NCBI GenBank assembly: GCA_965140445.1
Contig: OZ223236.1
Span: 2,656,001-2,720,000, forward strand
Reading direction: 5' to 3'
Length of the DNA: 64,000 nucleotides
Source: Candidatus Ozemobacteraceae bacterium
Lineage (GTDB): Bacteria; Muiribacteriota; Ozemobacteria; Ozemobacterales; Ozemobacteraceae
Shown here: in pieces, positions 9,348 to 17,833 of the stretch
Layout of the letters: every line of letters starts with the position of its first letter
Numbering within the stretch: the stretch's first letter is position 1
Translations under genes and position numbers: made by a program
Notes under the pieces: model-generated
What the model was told of the DNA's origin: nothing
Seen by the model: only the letters and a program-made list of their open reading frames with translations
The model's database searches: none

Positions 9348-12300
9348 TATCTGGCTCCGGCAAGGGTCCTTTGTTCGAAAGCCTTTTTAAGGTTTTCATT
9401 TATTACACATTCATAGCCTTCAATTCTTCCAATGACCTGTCCATCAGAATCGACAAAGTCAATTTCAGCTGATGCCATCATTGGTCCTGTCTTTCTGGCT
9501 TTGGCAATAATTTTCACTCCATTTTCGGGAAAATTTGCCTTGAACTGTCTGTAACTTGCAGCAAAACTTGGAAGTGAAGGAGCACCTGCTTCTTGAATGG
9601 TCCAGAGAATCATTAGCTGGAAGGCAGAATCAAGAGCTAGTGGATCTGCTGCCCAAGCGTTTTGTGCGGGATTGTCAAACCACTGTTCTGGTTTAACACC
9701 AGTTTTTATTTCTGCTCTGATACCATCAGACGACCAACCATTTACTTTTGTAATGGCTTGAAGGAACTCTCCGTGAAACAAATGTTTGCTGTAGACTTCA
9801 TTAATTGAATCAGGATAGATCAATTTTGTATCTGGATCTATAGCCTTTGGGGCAGTAGCCGGAAGCTTTTCAGCAAGAACAATTTCTGCTCTTGCATGAC
9901 AAATATATTTGCCATTCTTGTTGCTTCTAACCTCTGCTACAGAAGTTCCCTTATCGCCATTCCAGTTTGCCTGGGTGGCAAATAATTCGAGCTTTACTGA
10001 TTCATTTCCTTTCAGAACAAGCCCTTTCTGGATTCTTAAGTCGTTGAATCCAATAAAGGTAAGTCCTGCATTAACAGTCGTCGCAGCAAGTGCTAAATAT
10101 TCAGCTGCAACAGCCATAGGAAGAACTGCATCTCCATTTATGATGTGGCTTGTGAGGAAAGAAGCTTTATCAGCGCTGAGCTCATGCTCCAGCGCTTTGG
10201 AGAACTTTTTTCCAGGAGCCTGCACCTCCGAGGCAGTAGCTTTATCAAGCTCATTGTTACTAGTTATCTGACCAATTATACAGATCTCAACGTCTTTTTC
10301 ATTAGGGTTGCTCAGCTCTATTACAGGCTGCATTGAGCCTGATTTAAGTGGAATTAGTCCAATTCCCTCTTTTAAGAATACGCTCCTTAAAGAAGAGTTA
10401 ACCATTCCTCCATCCCACGGACCCCAGTTGAATGAAAGAACCCTGCATTCTGGACGCATGATACGTAGTTTCTGAGCTGTTTTGTTCAAAACTTCGTTGG
10501 CCATTGAATAGTCAACCTGGCCAAGTCTGCCAAATCTACCAGAGAAAGAAGAGAAAAGGATAACCGCTTTCAGTTCTTCTTTTAAAAGGGCTGAAAGAGT
10601 GTTTCTAAGGCCAATTACCTTGGTGTCTATAACGGCATCAAGCTGGTCACGAGTTTTGTCTTCAATTTTTCTATCGCGTAAAACTCCTGCACCATGAATT
10701 AGTCCACGAATGTTACCCATATCTGTTTTAACTTTTTCTACAATCGCTTCAACTTCTTTTTCGCTTCTTACATCCAATGAATAATAAGCAGATTTTGCTC
10801 CAGCCTTTTCAATTCTTGAAAGTGTTGTAAGGATTTCACGGTTGCCCATTAATCTATTGTATTCAGCTCCAAGTTCTTTAGGAGTAATTTTAGTAGTTGA
10901 GTTTTTAAGAATAGCTTGCTTGATTTCGGGCTCAGAAGAAAGATTCTTGAGCCATGCTGGTTCAGCTTCTGGAACTGGCGACCTGCCAAACAACGCCATT
11001 GAGGTTTGGAATTTTTCAGCCATAGTTATCGCAACTTCTGCTGTAACTCCACGAGCTCCTCCTGAAACAATTATCACATCACCTTTAGAAAAGGTTACAG
11101 GGCTACTGCCATTTTCAAATAGATTCTTTTCAACTTCTGTTATGGCAACAATTCCATTTTCAGAAATGCCAGTTTCTACAGCTCCCTCAAGAAGTAGCTC
11201 TTCTACAAGCAATTTTGCTGCAACATCGTTGTCTTTAATCTTGTTATCCATGTCTATAGCTCTGGATGTAACTTCTTCCCATTCGTGTCTGATGGTTTTG
11301 GTTATACCAGCAAATCCGCCCTGAGTTGGGTCTGAAGACTTGGTAAGTCCGGCAAGGCCAAAGGCACCGTCCAGTCTTGCCACAGTAGCGATTAGACCTT
11401 TATTCTTTCTCAGGTTTGTTCCTGCGTTCTGGGCTACAAAGAATGCATCCTTAAGAGTTTCTTCTGAGTCTGCTTTCCAAAGTAAAGCAGAGGATCGTTT
11501 TGGAACAGCGCCCAGTATTAAAACTCCAACCAGGTCAGAAGGCATTTCCGCACTTCCTGCTTCCTTCATACCTAAGATGAGAGAATCAAATCCTTTAGCC
11601 TTAAGTTCTGTTGCAACCGATTTTTCTAATCCGCTTCCATCGCCAGCTACAAGGAACTTTCCTTTTTTCAGATTAAGTGGAGTGCGTTTGCTTTTAACTT
11701 TTACCGCTTCAATAATGGTTCGCTTTAAAGGAAATTCTTCTGCTTCAACTACAGCTTCTGCAGGAGCTGCTGCCGTTGCTGTTGATGCTGCCGGGGATGC
11801 TGAATTTAAATATTCAATGATCTGGGCTATTGTGCGGAAGTTTCCTAGATCCCCAGGTTGAACTACTGGAGCATTTGGAACTTTTTCTTGAAACGCTGAA
11901 AGAATTTCTACTCTTTTAATTGAGTCAATTCCAAGATCAGCTTCCATATCCATGTTCAGATCGAGCATATCTTCTGGATACCCTGTTTTTTCAGCTACAA
12001 TGCTAATCAAATTCGATTTTATAACGCTTTGGTCAACTCCACCCGCGCTGGCTGATGCCATTGTGGGAGCTGGAGCAGTTGCGCCTTTAGGGCTTAAAAA
12101 CTCAATTATCTGAGTTAATGTTCTAAGTTTTCCTAGTTGGTCTGGCTGAATAACTGGAGCATCAGGAAGTTGTTCCTGAACTGCTGACATGATTTCAACC
12201 CTTTTGATTGAGTCAATTCCAAGGTCAGCTTCCATATCCATGTTCAGGTCAAGCATATCTGCTGGATAGCCAGTTTTTTCACTGACAATCTGAACAAGAA

Positions 12301-15300
12301 CTGGCTGAATATTACTTGATGCGGCAGTTGTATCTTGAACTGCTGGTTGAGCTGCCTCGGCAGCGCCTGCGCCCAGGAACTCAATAATCTGAGTAAGGGT
12401 TCTAAGTTTTCCAAGTTGATCTGGCTGAATTACTGGAGCATTTGGAAGTTGTTCCTGGACTGCAGACATAATTTCAACCCTTTTAATTGAGTCAATTCCA
12501 AGGTCTGCTTCCATATCCATATTTAGATCAAGCATATCAGCGGGATAACCTGTTTTCTCGCTAACAATCTGGACTAGAACTGGCTGGATATTACCCGCTG
12601 CAGGGGCCGCTTGAACAACTTGAGGAGCCTGAGTCGCGGGTGCATTTGCGCCAAGGAAGTCCAGAATCTGAGCTAAAGTTCTAAGTTTACCAAGTTGGTC
12701 GGGTTGAATAACTGGAGCGTCTGGTAATCGTTCCTGCATAGCGGACATGATTTCAACTCTTTTGATTGAGTCGATTCCAAGGTCTGCTTCCATATCCATA
12801 TCAAGATTGAGCATATCTGCAGGGTATCCGGTTTTTTCACTTACGATTTCAATTAATACCGGTTGAATATTGTTTGCCACTGGTGCAGCTGAAGTTACTG
12901 CTGGAGCCGCTGTTGCCGGCAAAGAAGATGCAAGATGCTCAATAATCTGGGAGAGAGTTCTTAGTTTTCCAAGTTGATCGGGTTGAACAACTGGGGCTTC
13001 TGGCATTTTTTCCTGCATGGAAGACATGATTTCTACTCTTTTGATTGAGTCGATACCAAGATCGGCTTCCATATCCATTTCCATGTTCAACATATCTCTT
13101 GGATAGCCTGTTTTTTCTGAAACAACTTCCAGAAGGGCTGTTTCAATTGCCTGGGCACTGACTCCGCTTGCAGCAGGTGCTGGTTGTGCAGAGGCAGCTG
13201 ATGATGGCTGACCTTGATTTAAATGTTCAAGAATCTGGGCCAGAGTTCTAAGTTTTCCAAGTTGATCCGGTTGAACTACAGGAGCCTCAGGAAGTTTTTC
13301 CTGCATTGCGGACATGATTTCAACTCTTTTGATTGAATCAATTCCAAGGTCGGCTTCCATGTCCATATTGAGGTCTAACATTTCTTTTGGATAGCCTGTT
13401 TTTTCACTAACAATATCAATCAGCACTGATTTAATTTTATCAACAGCTGGAGAGGCTTTTGGTGCTTGTGTAGTTGCACTTGGAGCTGGTGCAGGTTTTG
13501 CAGCCTGTGGTTTTGGAGCTATTGGCTGTGCTGTTACAGGCTGTGGAGCCTGGTAAGTTGGAGCTACAGGAACTGGCTGAATCAACTGAGCAGGTGCTGT
13601 TGGCATATTTATCTGCTGTGGCTGATAGTTCTGAGGAGCGGCCATAGGAGTTCCCATTACAAGATTTTGAATGGCCATTTGTGCTTGTTCCTGACCTTCA
13701 AGGAATCTTTTATGCAATTCTGCGGTTTGCTGCTGCATTGCTTGAAGGGCGGACAATGTTTGCTGAGCAACATTTAAATTGAGTGATGAGCCTGCGTTAA
13801 TTGTTGGATATGTTTGTGCCGCAGGAGCCATTTGCCTTTGTGGCTGAGCCTGAACTTGCGGCTGCTGTACAGAAACTGAAGGCTGAGGTGGTGTATGAGA
13901 AATCGCTGGAGCTGAAGGAGCTTTTGGTGCTTGAACGGCCGGAGCTGCTTTTGTAGCGTCTGAGGCTCTAACAACAGTTCTGGCAGGAGCTTTTTTGGGA
14001 ACTTCTTTTCTTGGAGTGCGATAATTGCAACCATAGAGAGGGAAGGTGAATTTTGGCTTGGGCGTTGATTCAACTTTCTGGATAAACGCTTCTCCGTCAT
14101 GCCATGCTTTAAGGTCTAATTCATATCCCATAGCTGAAAGCTGTGCAAGGGCTCTAGCAAGATCTATAGAAGCATTTCTTTTGCCGGCTGAGGAATCAAG
14201 AGCAATTGTTTCAAATTCTCTGCCTTTAAGAATTGCTTTAACAAGGCCGATCATTTTTCCGCCAGGTCCAATTTCTATGAAGTTTTTAATGCCATCTGCA
14301 TACATTCGCTCAATGATTTCCACGAAACGAACCTGATTGGCCAGTTGGAAACCGAGTAGCTTTTTGATTTCATCTGCTTTTTCAGGATACAACTCGGAAG
14401 TTGTATTCGAATAAACCGGCAGTTGGCATTTAGATATTTTTTCATTTTTCAGGAATTTATGGAATGGCTCTGCTGCATCAGCAACAAATTTGCTGTGAAA
14501 TGCGCCAGCTACTTTTAGTATTGTTCCTCTTAATTTCCTTGCTTTAAAAACTTTTTGAGACTTTTGAATTTCTTCTGTTGCTCCAGACAAAACAACCTGA
14601 GTCGGAGAGTTGTGGTTGGCAACAACAAGATCGAGTTTTTCTTCGGCAATAATATTTTCAATTTCTTTTCTATCGCCAGAAATTGCGATCATTCCGCCTC
14701 TGTCACCTTCTCCTGAAGCCATTAATTCTCCACGTTTCTTAGACAGACGGGCGAGAGTCGCTGAGTCAAATGCTCCTGCAGCGCAAAGACTTGTGAGTTC
14801 TCCATAAGAATGTCCTGCAAAAGCTGCTGGTTTAAGGCCAAGTTTCTCCATCAGTCTGTATGCACCAAGAGATGTTGCTCCAATGGCTGGTTGGGCTATT
14901 TGTGTGGCTTTAAGCAATTCTTCGTTTTGCTTATCTTTTTCTTCATCGTAGGTAGGGATTGGATATACACAATCAACCAGACGTTTGCCTGATTCATGGG
15001 CTTCACCAACTTCGTTATCAGCTTCTACAAGAGTTTCAAAGAATTCAGGGCTGAGACATGCCAGTTCAAGACACATGTTTGTGTATTGAGCTCCCTGACC
15101 AGGGAAAATAACTCCAAGCTTTTCAGTGTTTTCCATAGAGCTAAAGTAAGCTCCATTAGGAAGAGAAAAAGATTTAACATCATCTTTTTGAAGCTGAGCT
15201 TCAATATCATTTGCGAGTTTAGTCAGGTCAGCCTGAGCATTTTCAGCTACAAAACAAAGTCTAAAGGCGGCTTTGTGATTAAAAGTTGATCGACTCTTAG

Positions 15301-16834
15301 CGGCTGCAAGGCGAATTTCTTCTGGAGTCTTGAGAGATTTTACCGAGTTTAAAGCTCCTAAAATTGCAGCTTTATTGTCTCCAGCGAAGGAGAAAATTTC
15401 AACTCCACGTGTCCAGTCGTAAGTTTTTTTGGTGGGCTCATATTCTGAAAGAATTACGTGATAGTTACTTCCACCAAAGCCCAGTGAACTAACTGCTGCA
15501 TAACGCTTTTTGCCTTTTTCAAGAATCCAGGGGCGAGACTTATCTGGAAGGAAAAATGGTGTTTTTTCATTTTGAAGCACTGAAGATGGTTTGTTAACCT
15601 TTATCATTGGAGGAATTATCTTATGATAAAGTGCGGCTGCGGCTTTTAAAATTCCTGCTGAACCGGCAGCTGCTTTGGTGTGTCCAATTTGTGATTTTAC
15701 GGAACCAAGTGCACACCAGGGTTTTCCTGGTTCTGCGAAACCATAAACGGTATGAAGAGCGTTTACCTCAACTTCATCGCCAGCTCTTGTCCCTGTTCCA
15801 TGTGCTTCAATCATGGTGATATCTTTTGGTGTGATTCCGGCGTGTTCGTATGCTCTTAATAGAGCTTTTTCCTGGCCTTTTTCACTTGGCGCATAGATAG
15901 CTTTTCCTTTTCCATCACTGGAAGTTCCAACTGCATTTATTAGAGCATAAATTTTATCCCCATCTTTTTCAGCATCGCTTAGACGCTTTAAGACTGCCAT
16001 ACCAATGCCTTCGCCGAGGATAGTTCCATCATTTTCATCACTAAATGGTCTTGCGTGACCAGTTGATGACAAAGCAGGTGTCTTACAGAAGCACATATAC
16101 ATGAAAATATCATTGAATGTGTCTACGCCACCAGTGATCGCCATGTCTGTTTTGCCGGTCCAGAGCTCCATTGCTGCAAGGTTTAAAGCACTTAGTGCAC
16201 TACCGCAAGCCGCGTCGACAACACAGTTTGTGCCACCCAGATCAAGGCGATTGGCTACACGGCCAGCGGCAACGTTCCCCAAAAGCCCGGGGAAAGAGTT
16301 TTCCTGCCAGGAAACATAAGAATTGCCAATGTTTTCTACAACTTCTTCTGAAATTTCTTTGGAAATTCCAGCGGCTTCCATGGCTTTGCGCCAAATTGGG
16401 TGTCCGAGCCTGGCTCCAAGAGGAATAACGGCTTCAAGAGTTCCTGTTAAGCCAAGAACTACGCTGACATTGTCCCGGTTAAAGTCCCTTTTTGGTCCGT
16501 AGCCGGCGTCAACCATTGCTCCTTGAGCGACGATGAGACTTAAAAGTTGTGAAGTATCAATTGCTTCCATATCAGATGGAGCTATTCCCCATTCGCTGGG
16601 GTTAAAGTCTACTTTATCCAGAAATCCACCAGTTGTTGCGTATACCTTATCTGGTGCCTTTTTATCGGAATCATAGTAATCTTCAGCATTCCAGTGGGTT
16701 TTAGGAACCTCTGTTATGGCGTCAACCTTTTCTTTAATGTTTGCCCAATAATCTTCGAGACTTTGAGCTTTTGGATAGAGGCAGCTCATTCCTACGATTG
16801 CAAGTGGTTCAAGAGTTTGATTTTTTCGCTTCAT
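9347..16834 (-). CDS. pfaA: PUFA synthase PfaA (KS-MAT-6xACP-KR-PKS DH)
   Basis: DAACGS/EAHGTGT/GHTK KS; GHSYG malonyl transferase; six LGIDSIKRVEI ACPs; GGARGVT KR; HIINGDAVLP dehydratase. Confidence 0.95.
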   Translation of the reverse strand: MKRKNQTLEPLAIVGMSCLYPKAQSLEDYWANIKEKVDAITEVPKTHWNAEDYYDSDKKAPDKVYATTGGFLDKVDFNPSEWGIAPSDMEAIDTSQLLSLIVAQGAMVDAGYGPKRDFNRDNVSVVLGLTGTLEAVIPLGARLGHPIWRKAMEAAGISKEISEEVVENIGNSYVSWQENSFPGLLGNVAAGRVANRLDLGGTNCVVDAACGSALSALNLAAMELWTGKTDMAITGGVDTFNDIFMYMCFCKTPALSSTGHARPFSDENDGTILGEGIGMAVLKRLSDAEKDGDKIYALINAVGTSSDGKGKAIYAPSEKGQEKALLRAYEHAGITPKDITMIEAHGTGTRAGDEVEVNALHTVYGFAEPGKPWCALGSVKSQIGHTKAAAGSAGILKAAAALYHKIIPPMIKVNKPSSVLQNEKTPFFLPDKSRPWILEKGKKRYAAVSSLGFGGSNYHVILSEYEPTKKTYDWTRGVEIFSFAGDNKAAILGALNSVKSLKTPEEIRLAAAKSRSTFNHKAAFRLCFVAENAQADLTKLANDIEAQLQKDDVKSFSLPNGAYFSSMENTEKLGVIFPGQGAQYTNMCLELACLSPEFFETLVEADNEVGEAHESGKRLVDCVYPIPTYDEEKDKQNEELLKATQIAQPAIGATSLGAYRLMEKLGLKPAAFAGHSYGELTSLCAAGAFDSATLARLSKKRGELMASGEGDRGGMIAISGDRKEIENIIAEEKLDLVVANHNSPTQVVLSGATEEIQKSQKVFKARKLRGTILKVAGAFHSKFVADAAEPFHKFLKNEKISKCQLPVYSNTTSELYPEKADEIKKLLGFQLANQVRFVEIIERMYADGIKNFIEIGPGGKMIGLVKAILKGREFETIALDSSAGKRNASIDLARALAQLSAMGYELDLKAWHDGEAFIQKVESTPKPKFTFPLYGCNYRTPRKEVPKKAPARTVVRASDATKAAPAVQAPKAPSAPAISHTPPQPSVSVQQPQVQAQPQRQMAPAAQTYPTINAGSSLNLNVAQQTLSALQAMQQQTAELHKRFLEGQEQAQMAIQNLVMGTPMAAPQNYQPQQINMPTAPAQLIQPVPVAPTYQAPQPVTAQPIAPKPQAAKPAPAPSATTQAPKASPAVDKIKSVLIDIVSEKTGYPKEMLDLNMDMEADLGIDSIKRVEIMSAMQEKLPEAPVVQPDQLGKLRTLAQILEHLNQGQPSSAASAQPAPAASGVSAQAIETALLEVVSEKTGYPRDMLNMEMDMEADLGIDSIKRVEIMSSMQEKMPEAPVVQPDQLGKLRTLSQIIEHLASSLPATAAPAVTSAAPVANNIQPVLIEIVSEKTGYPADMLNLDMDMEADLGIDSIKRVEIMSAMQERLPDAPVIQPDQLGKLRTLAQILDFLGANAPATQAPQVVQAAPAAGNIQPVLVQIVSEKTGYPADMLDLNMDMEADLGIDSIKRVEIMSAVQEQLPNAPVIQPDQLGKLRTLTQIIEFLGAGAAEAAQPAVQDTTAASSNIQPVLVQIVSEKTGYPADMLDLNMDMEADLGIDSIKRVEIMSAVQEQLPDAPVIQPDQLGKLRTLTQIIEFLSPKGATAPAPTMASASAGGVDQSVIKSNLISIVAEKTGYPEDMLDLNMDMEADLGIDSIKRVEILSAFQEKVPNAPVVQPGDLGNFRTIAQIIEYLNSASPAASTATAAAPAEAVVEAEEFPLKRTIIEAVKVKSKRTPLNLKKGKFLVAGDGSGLEKSVATELKAKGFDSLILGMKEAGSAEMPSDLVGVLILGAVPKRSSALLWKADSEETLKDAFFVAQNAGTNLRKNKGLIATVARLDGAFGLAGLTKSSDPTQGGFAGITKTIRHEWEEVTSRAIDMDNKIKDNDVAAKLLVEELLLEGAVETGISENGIVAITEVEKNLFENGSSPVTFSKGDVIIVSGGARGVTAEVAITMAEKFQTSMALFGRSPVPEAEPAWLKNLSSEPEIKQAILKNSTTKITPKELGAEYNRLMGNREILTTLSRIEKAGAKSAYYSLDVRSEKEVEAIVEKVKTDMGNIRGLIHGAGVLRDRKIEDKTRDQLDAVIDTKVIGLRNTLSALLKEELKAVILFSSFSGRFGRLGQVDYSMANEVLNKTAQKLRIMRPECRVLSFNWGPWDGGMVNSSLRSVFLKEGIGLIPLKSGSMQPVIELSNPNEKDVEICIIGQITSNNELDKATASEVQAPGKKFSKALEHELSADKASFLTSHIINGDAVLPMAVAAEYLALAATTVNAGLTFIGFNDLRIQKGLVLKGNESVKLELFATQANWNGDKGTSVAEVRSNKNGKYICHARAEIVLAEKLPATAPKAIDPDTKLIYPDSINEVYSKHLFHGEFLQAITKVNGWSSDGIRAEIKTGVKPEQWFDNPAQNAWAADPLALDSAFQLMILWTIQEAGAPSLPSFAASYRQFKANFPENGVKIIAKARKTGPMMASAEIDFVDSDGQVIGRIEGYECVINENLKKAFEQRTLAGAR
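11805..13436 (-). repeat. Six tandem ACP-domain coding repeats within pfaA
   Basis: Six copies of EKTGYPxxML...MDMEADLGIDSIKRVEI...LRT/FRT separated by Ala/Pro-rich linkers; boundaries approximate. Confidence 0.93.
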
Positions 16835-16911
16835 AACCGGTCACCTATATTTATTTCAGAATTTTATAAGATACAATATGACAGGATTGCCGAAGCCGCT
16901 TTAAGCAGTAA

Positions 16912-16930
16912 ACAATGGTTTTACCATTGT
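16912..16930. promoter_or_regulatory. Palindrome ACAATGGT-ttt-ACCATTGT upstream of pfaA, candidate FadR/GntR-type operator
   Basis: Perfect 8-3-8 inverted repeat containing TGGT-N3-ACCA, about 80 bp upstream of the pfaA start. Confidence 0.5.
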
Positions 16931-17056
16931 AATAGCCACGTTGCGCGGGTTTCGGTAATCTTCAAATTGCTATTTATTTGCTAGGATACTAACACGTATT
17001 GGATACTTTTTCGAGTTTTATTTAAGTTGAAAAGGTTGTACCCCAAAAAAAAGAAA

Positions 17057-17770
17057 TCAGATTTTAAAAATTCTTATTTCTCTGGTCTTTCCTTGATAAG
17101 AAAGAGATGCTATATAATTGATTCCCACATCAATTGTAGCCAGTTTCCAGTCATGCTGATAGTTTTTATCGTCGGTTAAAATTTCAAGCAAAGCATGCTC
17201 ATCAGAAGGAGAAAATGAAACTGAAATCTTTGAAAGGCCTGCCACGCCTTCTCCTGTTGCTTTTAAAATGGCTTCTTTTCTGGTCCAGCCGCGCAAAAAA
17301 GTCGCAATATCATTGCTGGAACCGCAAAATTCATTAAAACTGATTTGTTCTGTTTTTGAGAAAAACCTATTAAGGATTGGATTGATAGAAACTTTCTTTT
17401 TTAAAAATTCAATGTCGATGCCGTTTATTGAATCTGAAACGGAAATTAAAAATCTGTTGTGACTATGGCTCAGATTAAAAAATGGTTGAATTTTATGGTT
17501 GCCTTTTAGATATGGCTTTCCTTTTGCTCCTTTGAAGAAGCTTATTTGAGATGCTTCTTTCTCCAGGTAGTTTTCCAATACCAATTTCAAGCTCGATCTG
17601 GCTACAAGATAATGGCGTTTGGCTTTTTCATTGGAAAATTTGTTGAACCGAACTTTCTCTTCTGTATCTAAAATTTTCAGTAGATCTGTATCTGGAGTAT
17701 TTATACTTTCAAAATCTCCGATAAAGACATCTATTGTTGATGGCGAAAGTTCTAATTTTGAATTAATCAT
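17057..17770 (-). CDS. pfaE: Sfp-type 4'-phosphopantetheinyl transferase (PfaE-like)
   Basis: KGKP, FNLSHS, GIDIE, WTRKEAILKATGEG motifs; inside pfa cluster. Confidence 0.92.
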   Translation of the reverse strand: MINSKLELSPSTIDVFIGDFESINTPDTDLLKILDTEEKVRFNKFSNEKAKRHYLVARSSLKLVLENYLEKEASQISFFKGAKGKPYLKGNHKIQPFFNLSHSHNRFLISVSDSINGIDIEFLKKKVSINPILNRFFSKTEQISFNEFCGSSNDIATFLRGWTRKEAILKATGEGVAGLSKISVSFSPSDEHALLEILTDDKNYQHDWKLATIDVGINYIASLSYQGKTREIRIFKI

Positions 17771-17786
17771 TTTAGGTATTTCTGGA

Positions 17787-17826
17787 AAATAAAACAGGCC
17801 ACTCTGAACTTCAGAGTGGCCTGTTT
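17787..17826 (-). terminator. Intrinsic terminator after pfaD
   Basis: Inverted repeat AAACAGGCCACTCTGAA-c-TTCAGAGTGGCCTGTTT, with TTTTATTTT tail on the minus strand. Confidence 0.75.
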
Positions 17827-17833
17827 GGATTTG

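Noticed and set aside
11805..13436. Regularly spaced DNA repeats as a CRISPR-like array
   Set aside because: In-frame ACP domains about 280 bp apart with synonymous variation; no cas genes
16870..16900. TATGACAGGATTGCCGA resembles the 3' end of a c-di-GMP-I riboswitch
   Set aside because: Wrong strand for pfaA, and the GGCAAACC/GAAA P2 elements are absent
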